Assembly: GCA_036404015.1 (NCBI GenBank)
Contig: DASWPO010000093.1
Coordinates: 4,165 to 68,164 of the forward strand
Origin: Bordetella sp.
Lineage (GTDB): Bacteria > Pseudomonadota > Gammaproteobacteria > Burkholderiales > Burkholderiaceae_B
Direction: 5' to 3'
DNA: 64,000 bases
Under the pieces are notes generated by a model. The model did not search any database. It was not told the origin of the DNA and was given only the letters and a program-made list of their open reading frames with translations. This document shows, piece by piece, positions 28,472 to 37,403 of the stretch. Positions within the stretch are counted from its first letter, which is position 1; each line of letters opens with the position of its first letter. The position numbers and the translations under genes were made by a program.

Positions 28472-29500
28472 TCAGGGCAGCGCCAGGATCTCGCGGGCCA
28501 GGAGTTCCAGCGTGCGCGGCGCGCTGCCTTCGGCCTTGTTGTTGGCCGTGATCCACACCGGCTGTCCCATGGCCCGGGCCTCCCGGCAGGCTTGGGCCAG
28601 CACGCGCCGGGTGGCGGGGTCGGGCACCACGATCTTGTCGAAGGGGAAAAAGCGCGCCTTGGCGGCCTCGTAGCGTTGGCCCGCGAGCAGGCTCCAGCGC
28701 GCCACCAAGGGCCCGGGTCCGGTCGCGGCCACGGCCTGCATCTGGCGCGCGGCGGATGGCATGCGCGCGTGGATCGCCACGCAATAACGCACGCCGCGCT
28801 CGGCCAGCATGCGCATCATGCGCGGCGTGACGACATCGGGGTCGCGAAACTCCACGGCATAGAATGCTTGCTCGTTCGCACGCGAGGCGGGCAAGGGCGG
28901 CAGCGCGGCCAGGAATGCCGACAGGTGCTCCACGAAAGCCGCCGTGTCGGCCAGGATGTCCAGCGGCAGGGGTGAAAACTGGAACACCAGCGGGCCCGCC
29001 TTGGCGCCCAGGCCCGCCACGCAGGGCGCGACGAAATTCTCGGTCGCCGCAGCCGCGTCAAGAAAACCGGGGTTGGGGCCGCAGGGCACGCCGCGCTCCC
29101 CGCGTTGTACCGCGTCGGTGTAAAGATTCGGGCACTTGATCACGAAGCGAAAGCCTTCGGGAACCTGGCTCGCATGGCGCGCGTACTGTTCCTGCGTGAG
29201 CGGCGCGTAGAAGGTGCGGTCCATGCTCACGCTGCGCAGCAGCGGATGCGCCGAGTAAGCAGGCAGCCCTTCGCGTGACAACAGGGATTCGCTGGCCTCC
29301 GCGCCGTAGACGAGACCGTTCCAGCCGGGAAAAGACCATGAGGACGTGCCCAGGTAGACGTCCTTGGGCAAGGCCGCGCCCAATTCCCGCAGCGGCTCGG
29401 GATGCTCGGCGGGCGGGATGGCCTTGCCGCCGGCGCGCCGCGCGCGTGGCGCGGAGGAGGGCGGGGTGGGCTCGTCGTTGAAGAAGGAAGTCTGGGTCAC
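28472..29500 (-). CDS. DUF72 domain-containing protein
   Basis: LGTSSWSFPGW, DRTFYAP, VPEGFRFVIK, GPLVFQFSP, AVEFR, NNKAEGSAP; start uncertain. Confidence 0.88.
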   Translation of the reverse strand: MTQTSFFNDEPTPPSSAPRARRAGGKAIPPAEHPEPLRELGAALPKDVYLGTSSWSFPGWNGLVYGAEASESLLSREGLPAYSAHPLLRSVSMDRTFYAPLTQEQYARHASQVPEGFRFVIKCPNLYTDAVQRGERGVPCGPNPGFLDAAAATENFVAPCVAGLGAKAGPLVFQFSPLPLDILADTAAFVEHLSAFLAALPPLPASRANEQAFYAVEFRDPDVVTPRMMRMLAERGVRYCVAIHARMPSAARQMQAVAATGPGPLVARWSLLAGQRYEAAKARFFPFDKIVVPDPATRRVLAQACREARAMGQPVWITANNKAEGSAPRTLELLAREILALP

Positions 29501-29722
29501 AGTCAAAAGAAAAAGCCGACCTTGAATGTCGGTTTTTCGCACATATTTTGCCAAGCGGCAACTTCAGGTTCGTACAAAGCCACGATGAGCGCACAGCGCG
29601 ATATCAGTTCCTGCGGGTAGCCATCGCAAAATGGGGTCGCCGCACAGTTCTCCCAAACATTATGGGGAGACGGCGGTTAGCTACTACTATGCATGATGGA
29701 AACTCTGGAAAAGGAAACCGTC

Positions 29723-30028
29723 ATGGGCGATAGGACTGTCATTGGTGCCCGGGAGGCCATGCGCGTCTTGCCGGGATGGGCCGCCGCGCAAACACGCGAT
29801 GCCATCGAGAAGACATTTGTCTTCGCCGATTTCAATGCGGCATTTGGGTTCATGGCGCGGGCTGCCCTGTTGGCGGAGCGCCTCGACCACCATCCGGAAT
29901 GGTCCAATGTCTATAACCGGGTGCAGGTATTGCTGACGACGCACGATGCGGGCGGAGTCACCCGCCTGGATGTGCGGATGGCGCAGTTCATGGATGAGGC
30001 CGCCGCGGGTATCCACCCAACGCCGTGA
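29723..30028 (+). CDS. phhB: 4a-hydroxytetrahydrobiopterin dehydratase (pterin-4a-carbinolamine dehydratase)
   Basis: [32 protein letters not shown]. Confidence 0.92.
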   Translation: MGDRTVIGAREAMRVLPGWAAAQTRDAIEKTFVFADFNAAFGFMARAALLAERLDHHPEWSNVYNRVQVLLTTHDAGGVTRLDVRMAQFMDEAAAGIHPTP

Positions 30029-30095
30029 CAAAAAAGCGAGCAGCTGGCGCGTTCTTTCCAAACAGCGCTTTTTGCGCTTTTCTTTCCACTTTGCC

Positions 30096-30338
30096 ATGAA
30101 CCCCGAAGACCTGAAGCACCTCGTCACCTGGACCATGCCGTTCGGCAAGTACAAGGGCCGCTTGCTGGCGGACCTGCCCGGCCATTATCTGACGTGGTTC
30201 GCCCGCGAGGGTTTTCCAGCGGGGCAACTGGGCCGGCTGCTGGCGCTGATGCATGAACTTGACCACAATGGGCTCAAGCCCCTGCTGGATCCCTTGCGCG
30301 GCGGTGACGCGGTGAAGCAGGAGAACCGAGAAAGATAA
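30096..30338 (+). CDS. DUF3820 family protein
   Basis: MPFGKYKGRLLADLPGHYLTWF..EGFP.G.LG.LL. Confidence 0.88.
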   Translation: MNPEDLKHLVTWTMPFGKYKGRLLADLPGHYLTWFAREGFPAGQLGRLLALMHELDHNGLKPLLDPLRGGDAVKQENRER

Positions 30339-30344
30339 ACGCTT

Positions 30345-31655
30345 TTACTCGGCAGCCTGCGCCGCGCTCGCCGGGTGGCCAGGCCTGGCCAAACCGAGAT
30401 GTTCGCGTAGCGTCCTGCCCTCGTAGTCTTGGCGGAACAGGCCGCGCGCCACCAGGATCGGCACGACTTCGTCGACGAATTTATCCAGCGGTTCCGGCGC
30501 ATAGGGCAGCATGATCACGAAGCCGTCGGCGGCGCCGGCCTTGAACCAGCATTCCATGTCGTCGGCGATGTCCTGGGCGGTGCCGGACAGCAGCCGATGG
30601 CTGCTGACCGCCAGCATGTCCCGGAGGTCGCGCACCGTCAGATGGTTGCGTTCGGCCATGGAGCGCAGCACCTTGGCGTGGCCCAGCATGGCGGAGCTCG
30701 AGGGCGGATAGTCGGGGAGCGGGCCGTCCAGATCGAGCGTGTTGATGTCATAGCCCACCCGGTCGGCAAAGCTGCGGATGGTCGAGGGCATGTCCGCCAT
30801 GGCCGCAATCTCGGCAATCGTCTTGCGCGCCGCCTCGCGGGTCTCGCCCATCACGATGGAGACGCCCAGCAGGACTTTCACGGCATCGCGCGGACGGCCT
30901 ACGGCCTGCACCCGATCGCGCAGCCGGTTGGCGAAAGCCACCGCCTCGTCCAGATCATGCTGGGCGGCGAAAATCGCATCCGCCGTCCGGGCGGCAAAGT
31001 CGATGCCTTGATCGGAGGCCCCGGCCTGGAACATGACCGGATAGCCCTGCGGCGGGCGAGCGATGTTGAGCGGCCCCTTGACGCTGAAATGCGGGCCGGC
31101 ATGGTTGAGTTCATGCAGCTTGGTCCGGTCGAAGAATTCACCGCTTTTCTTGTCCAGGACGAGAGCCCCGTCTTCCCAGCTATCCCACAGACCCTTCGCC
31201 ACTTCGACATATTCCGCCGCGATCTCGTAGCGCTGCGCGTGGGGCGGGTGCGGCATGGAGCCGAAATTCGCCGCCGCGTCCGGGCTCGAACCGGTCACGA
31301 CGTTCCAGCCCACGCGCCCGCCGCTCAGATAGTCGATCGAGGCAAAGGCGCGGGCGATATTGTAGGGCTCGGAATACGTGGTGGAGACGGTTGCGACCAG
31401 GCCGATATGCGATGTCGTCACCGCCAGCGCCGAGATGAGGGACAGCGGCTCGAAACGCATCACGGTGCCTGGCGAGGCGTCGGCACCGCTGTTCACGGCA
31501 TCGGCAAAGAACACCAGGTCGAATTTGCCGCGCTCGGCCGTCGTCACCACCCGGTGCACCATGGAAAAATCCAGGGTGCCGATCCTGGCTTCGGGCAGCC
31601 GCCATCCGCTGCCCACGACGCCGCCCATCAGGCCCAGGTGCATCTTCCTAGACAT
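30345..31655 (-). CDS. NtaA/DmoA-family FMNH2-dependent monooxygenase
   Basis: AERGKFDLVFFAD, EPYNIARAFASID, GRVGWNVVT, PQGYPVMFQAGAS. Confidence 0.93.
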   Translation of the reverse strand: MSRKMHLGLMGGVVGSGWRLPEARIGTLDFSMVHRVVTTAERGKFDLVFFADAVNSGADASPGTVMRFEPLSLISALAVTTSHIGLVATVSTTYSEPYNIARAFASIDYLSGGRVGWNVVTGSSPDAAANFGSMPHPPHAQRYEIAAEYVEVAKGLWDSWEDGALVLDKKSGEFFDRTKLHELNHAGPHFSVKGPLNIARPPQGYPVMFQAGASDQGIDFAARTADAIFAAQHDLDEAVAFANRLRDRVQAVGRPRDAVKVLLGVSIVMGETREAARKTIAEIAAMADMPSTIRSFADRVGYDINTLDLDGPLPDYPPSSSAMLGHAKVLRSMAERNHLTVRDLRDMLAVSSHRLLSGTAQDIADDMECWFKAGAADGFVIMLPYAPEPLDKFVDEVVPILVARGLFRQDYEGRTLREHLGLARPGHPASAAQAAE

Positions 31656-31695
31656 CTTTCCCGTCCCGCAGGGTGGAAGCGACTGCCGGATTCAT

Positions 31696-32577
31696 TCAGA
31701 TCGGCGAATGGGTAATCTGATCGACCGTCAGCGCACTGTCGGGAACGCCATATTTTTCCAGCAGTTTCATGTAGGTCCCATCGGCGACCATGCTGAGCAA
31801 TGCGGCTTCGAGCGCCTTTCTCAGCGCAGTGTTCTCTTTCGTCATGACGATACCCGAGGCGGAATAGGGCTCGTCCGCCAGCGTTTCCTTGGTCATGGAC
31901 ATCTTCATCTTCGGGTTGATCCTGGAGATCCATTCGCCGACCGCGCGGCCCGTGATGAATCCATCGCCCCTTCCGTTGGCCACAGCCATATAGGTGGCGG
32001 CGCTGTCCGGATAATAGGTGAACTTGATCTCCGGCTTGCCCTCGGCCTGGCATTTTTTCGACAGTGCGGTCGCCGTGTCGATCTGCGAACTGCCCTGCGT
32101 CAGCGACAGTTCCTTGCCGCAGAGGTCGTTGATCGTCAGTCCCTCGTTGCCCTGCCGCACCAGAAGGCCCGAGTGGCCGGTGATGTAAGGCACGAAATCC
32201 ACGGCCTTGCGGCGATCCGGGGTAATGGCGAACTGATCCACGCCGATATCGTAGCGCCCGCTCTGCACGCCGGGGATGATGGTCGGGAACTTCAAGTCCG
32301 CAAACTCAGGCTTTACGCCCAGGCGCGCCGCCAGCGCGTTCACGATGTCGATGTCGAGGCCCGCGGTCTCGCCCGCTTCCGTCTTATAGGCGAAGGGCGC
32401 CCATGCCAAAGACGTCGCCACCTTCAATACGCCCGAGGCCCGGATGCCATCAGGCAAGGCGGCCCGCGCGGCCTCGACCACCTGCGCGCCGGCGGGGGCA
32501 GCGAGGCCGAGGGCGGAAACGGCCCCCATGACCAGCACCATCAGGCCAAGTCCCAAACGCTTTTTTCCAGCGGTCAT
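31696..32577 (-). CDS. Polar amino-acid type ABC substrate-binding protein (orphan)
   Basis: Signal peptide, GLDIDI, FPTIIPGVQSGRYD, TPDRRKAVDF, DLCGK..C, DGTY..LLEKYG. Confidence 0.88.
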   Translation of the reverse strand: MTAGKKRLGLGLMVLVMGAVSALGLAAPAGAQVVEAARAALPDGIRASGVLKVATSLAWAPFAYKTEAGETAGLDIDIVNALAARLGVKPEFADLKFPTIIPGVQSGRYDIGVDQFAITPDRRKAVDFVPYITGHSGLLVRQGNEGLTINDLCGKELSLTQGSSQIDTATALSKKCQAEGKPEIKFTYYPDSAATYMAVANGRGDGFITGRAVGEWISRINPKMKMSMTKETLADEPYSASGIVMTKENTALRKALEAALLSMVADGTYMKLLEKYGVPDSALTVDQITHSPI

Positions 32578-32642
32578 CGTGTGCTTCCTCTCGGTGTTGG
32601 CCACCCTTGCGGCACGAGACCGCAAGGGATGCGGGCGCGGCG

Positions 32643-33959
32643 TTACAGACGTCCGCGCAGCGTCGCCGCCTCGTATTCGGTGCGGAACAAGCCGCGCTTC
32701 TGCAATTCGGGCACGACCATGCGGCAGAACTGTTCGTAGGAGGTGGGCATCGTCATCGGCCGCAGGATGAAGCCGTCGCAGGCCCCCGACTCGAAGTAGT
32801 CCTGCAAGATGTCGGCCACCATCGCGGGCGTGCCGATCTGCGCCTTGGCGGTCTGGCCCTTGGCATAGGACTCGGCGAGCGTGACCCCCTCCTTTTCGGC
32901 CTTGATGCGCGAAACGTCCGTCGAGCCATAGATGCCCTGATTGCCCCGTGCGGCGACCACTTCCTCGACCGTCTTGTGCTTGCCCAGATCCGCCCCGGCC
33001 CCCATCGAGGCATAAGCGAGATCGGATTCCTTTTCCTGAAGGCTGTCGAGGAACTCGGCCCGCTCTTGCGCGATGGAATAGGTCTCGCCCAGGATCGGCG
33101 TAATCCCCATCAGGAACTTGCAAGCATCGGGATCGCGCCCTTCTTCCGCAATCCGCCGCCGCATATCCGTGGTGTAGGCGAGCATCGTTTCCTTGTCGCT
33201 ACCTGGCGCGAAGATCATCTCGGCCCATCGCGCACCGAAGGCGCGACCGCGCGGCGAGCCCCCGGCCTGCATGATGACGGGGTGCCCCTGCGGGCTGGGC
33301 GGCGTAGGCAGCGGACCGCGCGAAGCGATCCATTTGCCTTGGTAATCGGCGTAGCGCACTTTCGCGGGGTCGGCAAACAGACCCGACTCCTTGTCCAGGA
33401 CGAAGGCGTCCGGCTCCCAGGTGTGCCAGAGGGCCATGCAGGCTTCCAGGAATTCATCTGCCCGCTCATAGCGTTCGTCGTGAGGGTAGATTTCGGTCAG
33501 GCCGGCGTTCTTCGCTTCCATGTCGGTCGAGGAGGTCACGACATTCCACGCCGCTCGGCCCTTGGACAGCATGTCGAGGGAAGCCAGTGCCCGCGCCACC
33601 TGGAAGGCATTGTTGAACGTGGTGGAGATCGTGGCGCCCAGGCCCAGGCGCGTCGTGACCCTTGCCATCAGGGGCAGCACCGTCATGGGATCCAGCCAGC
33701 TGTTCTGGCCGCCGTTCTTCACATAGGTTTCGAAAGTGCCGCCGAAGACTTCAGCGATCCCGAAGGCATCGGCAAAGAAAACGCCATCGAACTTGGCCTG
33801 TTCGAACAGGATGGCCATTTGTTCGTAGCGCGTGGGTTCGAAAATATCGTTCAGTGTGGCTTCAGGGTGGCGCCAGCCGCCGAAATGCGCCACGGTCGGC
33901 CCAGTCTTGATATAGGCGAGCAGCCGCATCATGCGCTTGCCTTTCGTTTCCGCCATCAT
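32643..33959 (-). CDS. NtaA/DmoA-family FMNH2-dependent monooxygenase
   Basis: GGWRHP, FDGVFFAD, SLDMLSKGRAAWNVVTS, PQGHPVIMQAGGSPRG, VVPELQKRGLFR. Confidence 0.93.
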   Translation of the reverse strand: MMAETKGKRMMRLLAYIKTGPTVAHFGGWRHPEATLNDIFEPTRYEQMAILFEQAKFDGVFFADAFGIAEVFGGTFETYVKNGGQNSWLDPMTVLPLMARVTTRLGLGATISTTFNNAFQVARALASLDMLSKGRAAWNVVTSSTDMEAKNAGLTEIYPHDERYERADEFLEACMALWHTWEPDAFVLDKESGLFADPAKVRYADYQGKWIASRGPLPTPPSPQGHPVIMQAGGSPRGRAFGARWAEMIFAPGSDKETMLAYTTDMRRRIAEEGRDPDACKFLMGITPILGETYSIAQERAEFLDSLQEKESDLAYASMGAGADLGKHKTVEEVVAARGNQGIYGSTDVSRIKAEKEGVTLAESYAKGQTAKAQIGTPAMVADILQDYFESGACDGFILRPMTMPTSYEQFCRMVVPELQKRGLFRTEYEAATLRGRL

Positions 33960-34055
33960 GCTTTTCCTGTTGTCCGTCCCGCTGGAGCGGGAGCGCGCCA
34001 ATCTCTGTGGATAAACCGAATCGCTTCCGAAATTTGGTCGATCGCACACACCGCG

Positions 34056-34943
34056 TCAATAGCTGTTTCCCCGATCCAGTCGATCGGATGGACGATGCGG
34101 TCGATCCCAGGCCTTCCGGATCGCCTCCATCACCGCCCGCACGGGCGCGGCGCGTTTGAGGTCGGTATGCACCACCAGCCAGAGGTCGCGCGACGCCAGC
34201 GGCTGGTCTCGAGCAATCAAGGCCAGGCCTGGATGCCCCTGCGCCATGAAATCGGGCAGGGCGGCAATCCCCGCGCCCGCCCGGGCAGCCGCCAATTGGA
34301 GCTCGACGCTATTGGCATGGAACGCGAACGGCCTGTCGGCCGCATAAGCTTGCAGCGCCTGTTGCTGCGGCGACTGGCCGAGCTCGCCGCCGGAACCCAC
34401 GAAACGCCAGTCGGCTTCCCGCACGGCGGCCAGGTAGGACGGGCTGGCGTATAGCCTGAAATGGATGTCCCCCAGCTTGAGCAGGGTCAGGTCGCCGTGT
34501 TCCGGACGGGTCATGCGCAGGGCGATGTCGGCCTCGCTATGCGCCAGCGAGGCCGTGCGGGCCTCGCCCAGGATGCGGATGGCCAGCTCCGGGTGGCGCT
34601 GTTGCAGGGCGACCAGCGGCTGGGCCAGGCGCGCCGCGGCAAGCGCGGGCGGCGCGCTGATGGTGACCGTGCCCGCGAGTTCGGCGCGTGCGCCTTCGGC
34701 CGATCTTTTGGCGGCCTGCGCCTCGTGGTTCATGCGCCGCGCGATGGCCGCGATGCGTTCGCCCTCGGCGGTCAGCGCCCAGCGGCGGCCGCGCCTGTCG
34801 GCCAGGACTACCCCCAGGCTGGCTTCCAGCGCGGCGATGCGGCGGGCCACGGTGGCGTGTTCCACTCCCAGCAGGCGGGCAGCGGCCGACAAGGAACCAG
34901 CCTCGGCCAAGGCCGCAAAGTGATGCAGGTCATCCCAGTTCAT
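34056..34943 (-). CDS. LysR family regulator
   Basis: MNWDDL..GSLSAAARLLGVEHATVARRI; EADIALR. Confidence 0.93.
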   Translation of the reverse strand: MNWDDLHHFAALAEAGSLSAAARLLGVEHATVARRIAALEASLGVVLADRRGRRWALTAEGERIAAIARRMNHEAQAAKRSAEGARAELAGTVTISAPPALAAARLAQPLVALQQRHPELAIRILGEARTASLAHSEADIALRMTRPEHGDLTLLKLGDIHFRLYASPSYLAAVREADWRFVGSGGELGQSPQQQALQAYAADRPFAFHANSVELQLAAARAGAGIAALPDFMAQGHPGLALIARDQPLASRDLWLVVHTDLKRAAPVRAVMEAIRKAWDRPHRPSDRLDRGNSY

Positions 34944-35042
34944 CGGTTAATTTTTTCACAAGCGATGTCAAATTATGGGGAATTTTCAATCGAAAAGGAA
35001 TGCGCGAGACTGTCGGAGGATCACCACTACTCTGGATGAGGA

Positions 35043-36017
35043 ATGACCATGGACATCAAAATCGAATTGCGCGCCCAGGGCGGCATCGACAATCTGCACG
35101 TGGCGGATTGCCCGCCGCAGGAGCCCGGCAGCGGCGAGGTGCGCATCCGCCAGGCGGCGGCGGGCGTCAATTTCATCGACGTATACCAGCGCCAGGGGCT
35201 GTATTCCCTGTCTTTGCCGATGGTGCTGGGCGTGGAGGGCGCGGGCGTCATCGAGGCCGTGGGCGCCGGCGTGGAAGGGTTGCGCGTGGGCGATCGGGTG
35301 GCCTACGGGGCCATGCTGGGCGGCTATGCGGCAACGCGGCTACTGCCTGCCTGGCGCGTCGTCCGCCTGCCTGATGCGGTCGATTTCGGCATCGCCGCGG
35401 CCTCGTTCCTGCGCGGTATGACAGCCCACATGCTGTTCACCCATACCTGTTCGGTGCAGCCCGGCATGATCCTGCTGATCCATGCGGCGGCGGGCGGCCT
35501 GGGCGCGACGTTGACGCGCTGGGCCAAGCAGCGCGGCTGCGTGGTCATCGGCACGGTGAGCTCGGCCGGGAAGGCCGAGGTCGCCCGGGCCCATGGCGCC
35601 GACCATCTCATCGTCGGCCGCCACGCAGACGTGGTGGGCGAGGTGGCCCGGCTGACCAACGGGCGGGGCGTGGATTTCGCCATCGACGGCCTGGGCGGCG
35701 ACGTGCTGCCCAAGACGTTCGCGTGCATGCGCAGCTTCGGCACAGTAGCCAGCGTGGGCCAGGCGGCCGGGCCGATTGCGCCGATTCCGGTGGAGGCCCT
35801 GAGCTCGCCGCGCTGCCTGAGCCTGGCGCGGCCGAGCATCATGGCGTATTGCGCCGACCCGGACCGCTACCGGGCCGCGGCGGCGGCCGTCGTCGAAGCC
35901 ATCGGCCTGGGCCTGATGCCGGCGCCGGGCCACCGCTTTGCGCTAAAGGACGCGGCGCGCGCGCAGCACGAGCTCGAGTCCGGCAAGACGACCGGCAGTA
36001 TCGTGCTGATTCCCTGA
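35043..36017 (+). CDS. Quinone oxidoreductase (MDR superfamily)
   Basis: GVNFIDVY, LGVEGAG, HAAAGGLG, TTGSIVL. Confidence 0.93.
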   Translation: MTMDIKIELRAQGGIDNLHVADCPPQEPGSGEVRIRQAAAGVNFIDVYQRQGLYSLSLPMVLGVEGAGVIEAVGAGVEGLRVGDRVAYGAMLGGYAATRLLPAWRVVRLPDAVDFGIAAASFLRGMTAHMLFTHTCSVQPGMILLIHAAAGGLGATLTRWAKQRGCVVIGTVSSAGKAEVARAHGADHLIVGRHADVVGEVARLTNGRGVDFAIDGLGGDVLPKTFACMRSFGTVASVGQAAGPIAPIPVEALSSPRCLSLARPSIMAYCADPDRYRAAAAAVVEAIGLGLMPAPGHRFALKDAARAQHELESGKTTGSIVLIP

Positions 36018-36163
36018 CCGGGTTTCGGTGCCTAGGACCGGCCATCATGAAACGAAAGCACCTTCAGCCCGGTTCGCCAGGTGATGGAGCAGAGACTTGC
36101 CGACTGTCCCGCGCGTACAGGTACCATCTGTGTCATCACATAGGCCTGAAAGGAGAATTCGCC

Positions 36164-36466
36164 ATGTTTATCGCCATGAACCGTTTCCGCATCGCGCTGG
36201 GCCGCGAAGAAGAATTCATCGAAATATGGCGTCAGCGCGACAGCCGCCTGGACACCGTGCCGGGGTTCAAGAAATTCAACCTGCTGCGCGGGCCGTCGGA
36301 CGACGAGGCGACCGTGTTCGTTTCACACTCCACCTGGGAAAGCGGCGCGGCGTTCGAGGCCTGGACGAAATCGGAGGCTTTTCGCGCCGCCCACGCGGGT
36401 GCGGGCGGCAGCAAGGGGCTGTACCTCGGGCATCCGAAGTTCGAGGGTTTCGAGGCGGTGCTGTAA
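36164..36466 (+). CDS. ABM-family monooxygenase, IsdG/HmuQ-like heme-degrading enzyme
   Basis: MFIAMNRF (Asn), EAWTKSEAFRAAH (Trp, His) match the IsdG catalytic set; AGGAG RBS. Confidence 0.85.
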   Translation: MFIAMNRFRIALGREEEFIEIWRQRDSRLDTVPGFKKFNLLRGPSDDEATVFVSHSTWESGAAFEAWTKSEAFRAAHAGAGGSKGLYLGHPKFEGFEAVL

Positions 36467-36483
36467 GGGATGGCCTGGAAGAC

Positions 36484-37329
36484 CTAGCGGTTTCCGGGCT
36501 TGCGAAACTTCAGCAGGAAGCTGTCCGCCTCGCCGATGGCGGCGTAGCGCGCGCGGTCTTTGTCGCCCAGGCGGAAGGTGGGCGGCAGGGTCCATACGCC
36601 GGCCGGGTAGTCCTTGGTGTCCTTGGGATTGGCCAATATTTCCGAACCGCCGGCGAACTCGAAGCCGGCCTGTTCCATCAGGTGGATGGCGTAGTCTTGC
36701 CGGACATAGCCGTCCAGCGCCTTCGGGTCCTGCGGCTTGTCGTCGCGGCCCCGGTGTTCTTCGATGCCGAGCATGCCGCCCGGCTTGAGCGCCCGGTAGA
36801 ACGCCGCCAGCGCCTGCGCCGCATAGCCGTCCGCCATCCAGTTGTGCAGATTGCGGAAGGTCAGCACCACGTCGGCGCTGCCCGGGGGCGCGATGTCGTA
36901 TTTGCCCGGGCCGAATGGCGTCATTCGGACCTTGCCGTAGCGGGCGGGGTCCGCGTCCAGCTTGGCGCGGAATTGCTGCGTCTCGCGGCGCTGCCCGGCA
37001 TCGGCGGCATCGGCGGCATCGAGTGGATACGACGCCGCGTAATAGGTGCCCCGTGCTTGCAGATAGGGTGCCAGGATCTCCGTCCAATAGCCGCCGCCCG
37101 GCGAAATCTCGACCACCGTGGCATCCGGCCGAACGCCAAAGAAACGCAGTTCGTCGTAGGGCTTGCGGGCCGCGTCGCGCGCTACGAAGGCGGGCGTCCG
37201 CTGGGAGGAGTCGACTGCCTGGCGCAATGCGCCTTCGTACGAGGCATCCTGGTCGCGAGGCACGGATGCGCAGCCGGCGGTCAGGGCCAGGATGCACGCC
37301 GCGAGAGTTGCGGGAAATTTCAGGGACAT
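36484..37329 (-). CDS. Class I SAM-dependent methyltransferase-like lipoprotein
   Basis: Lipobox LTAGC; VVEISPGGGYWT, LTFRNLHNW, LKPGG..IEEHR, GVWTLPP; alternative start 37407. Confidence 0.85.
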   Translation of the reverse strand: MSLKFPATLAACILALTAGCASVPRDQDASYEGALRQAVDSSQRTPAFVARDAARKPYDELRFFGVRPDATVVEISPGGGYWTEILAPYLQARGTYYAASYPLDAADAADAGQRRETQQFRAKLDADPARYGKVRMTPFGPGKYDIAPPGSADVVLTFRNLHNWMADGYAAQALAAFYRALKPGGMLGIEEHRGRDDKPQDPKALDGYVRQDYAIHLMEQAGFEFAGGSEILANPKDTKDYPAGVWTLPPTFRLGDKDRARYAAIGEADSFLLKFRKPGNR

Positions 37330-37403
37330 GAAGGGCGATCGCCGGTTGGATGTCATGGGTCGAATCTTAACGGCATTCACCCGGACCGATGCAAATTCGG
37401 GCT

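Noticed and set aside
29500-29722. SOS box or structured RNA upstream of DUF72
   Set aside because: No CTG-N10-CAG found; two hairpins (~29511-29536, ~29649-29670) are present but have no recognisable family features
34006-34014. Perfect DnaA box TGTGGATAA
   Set aside because: Single copy, with no box cluster, AT-rich unwinding element or origin-associated genes
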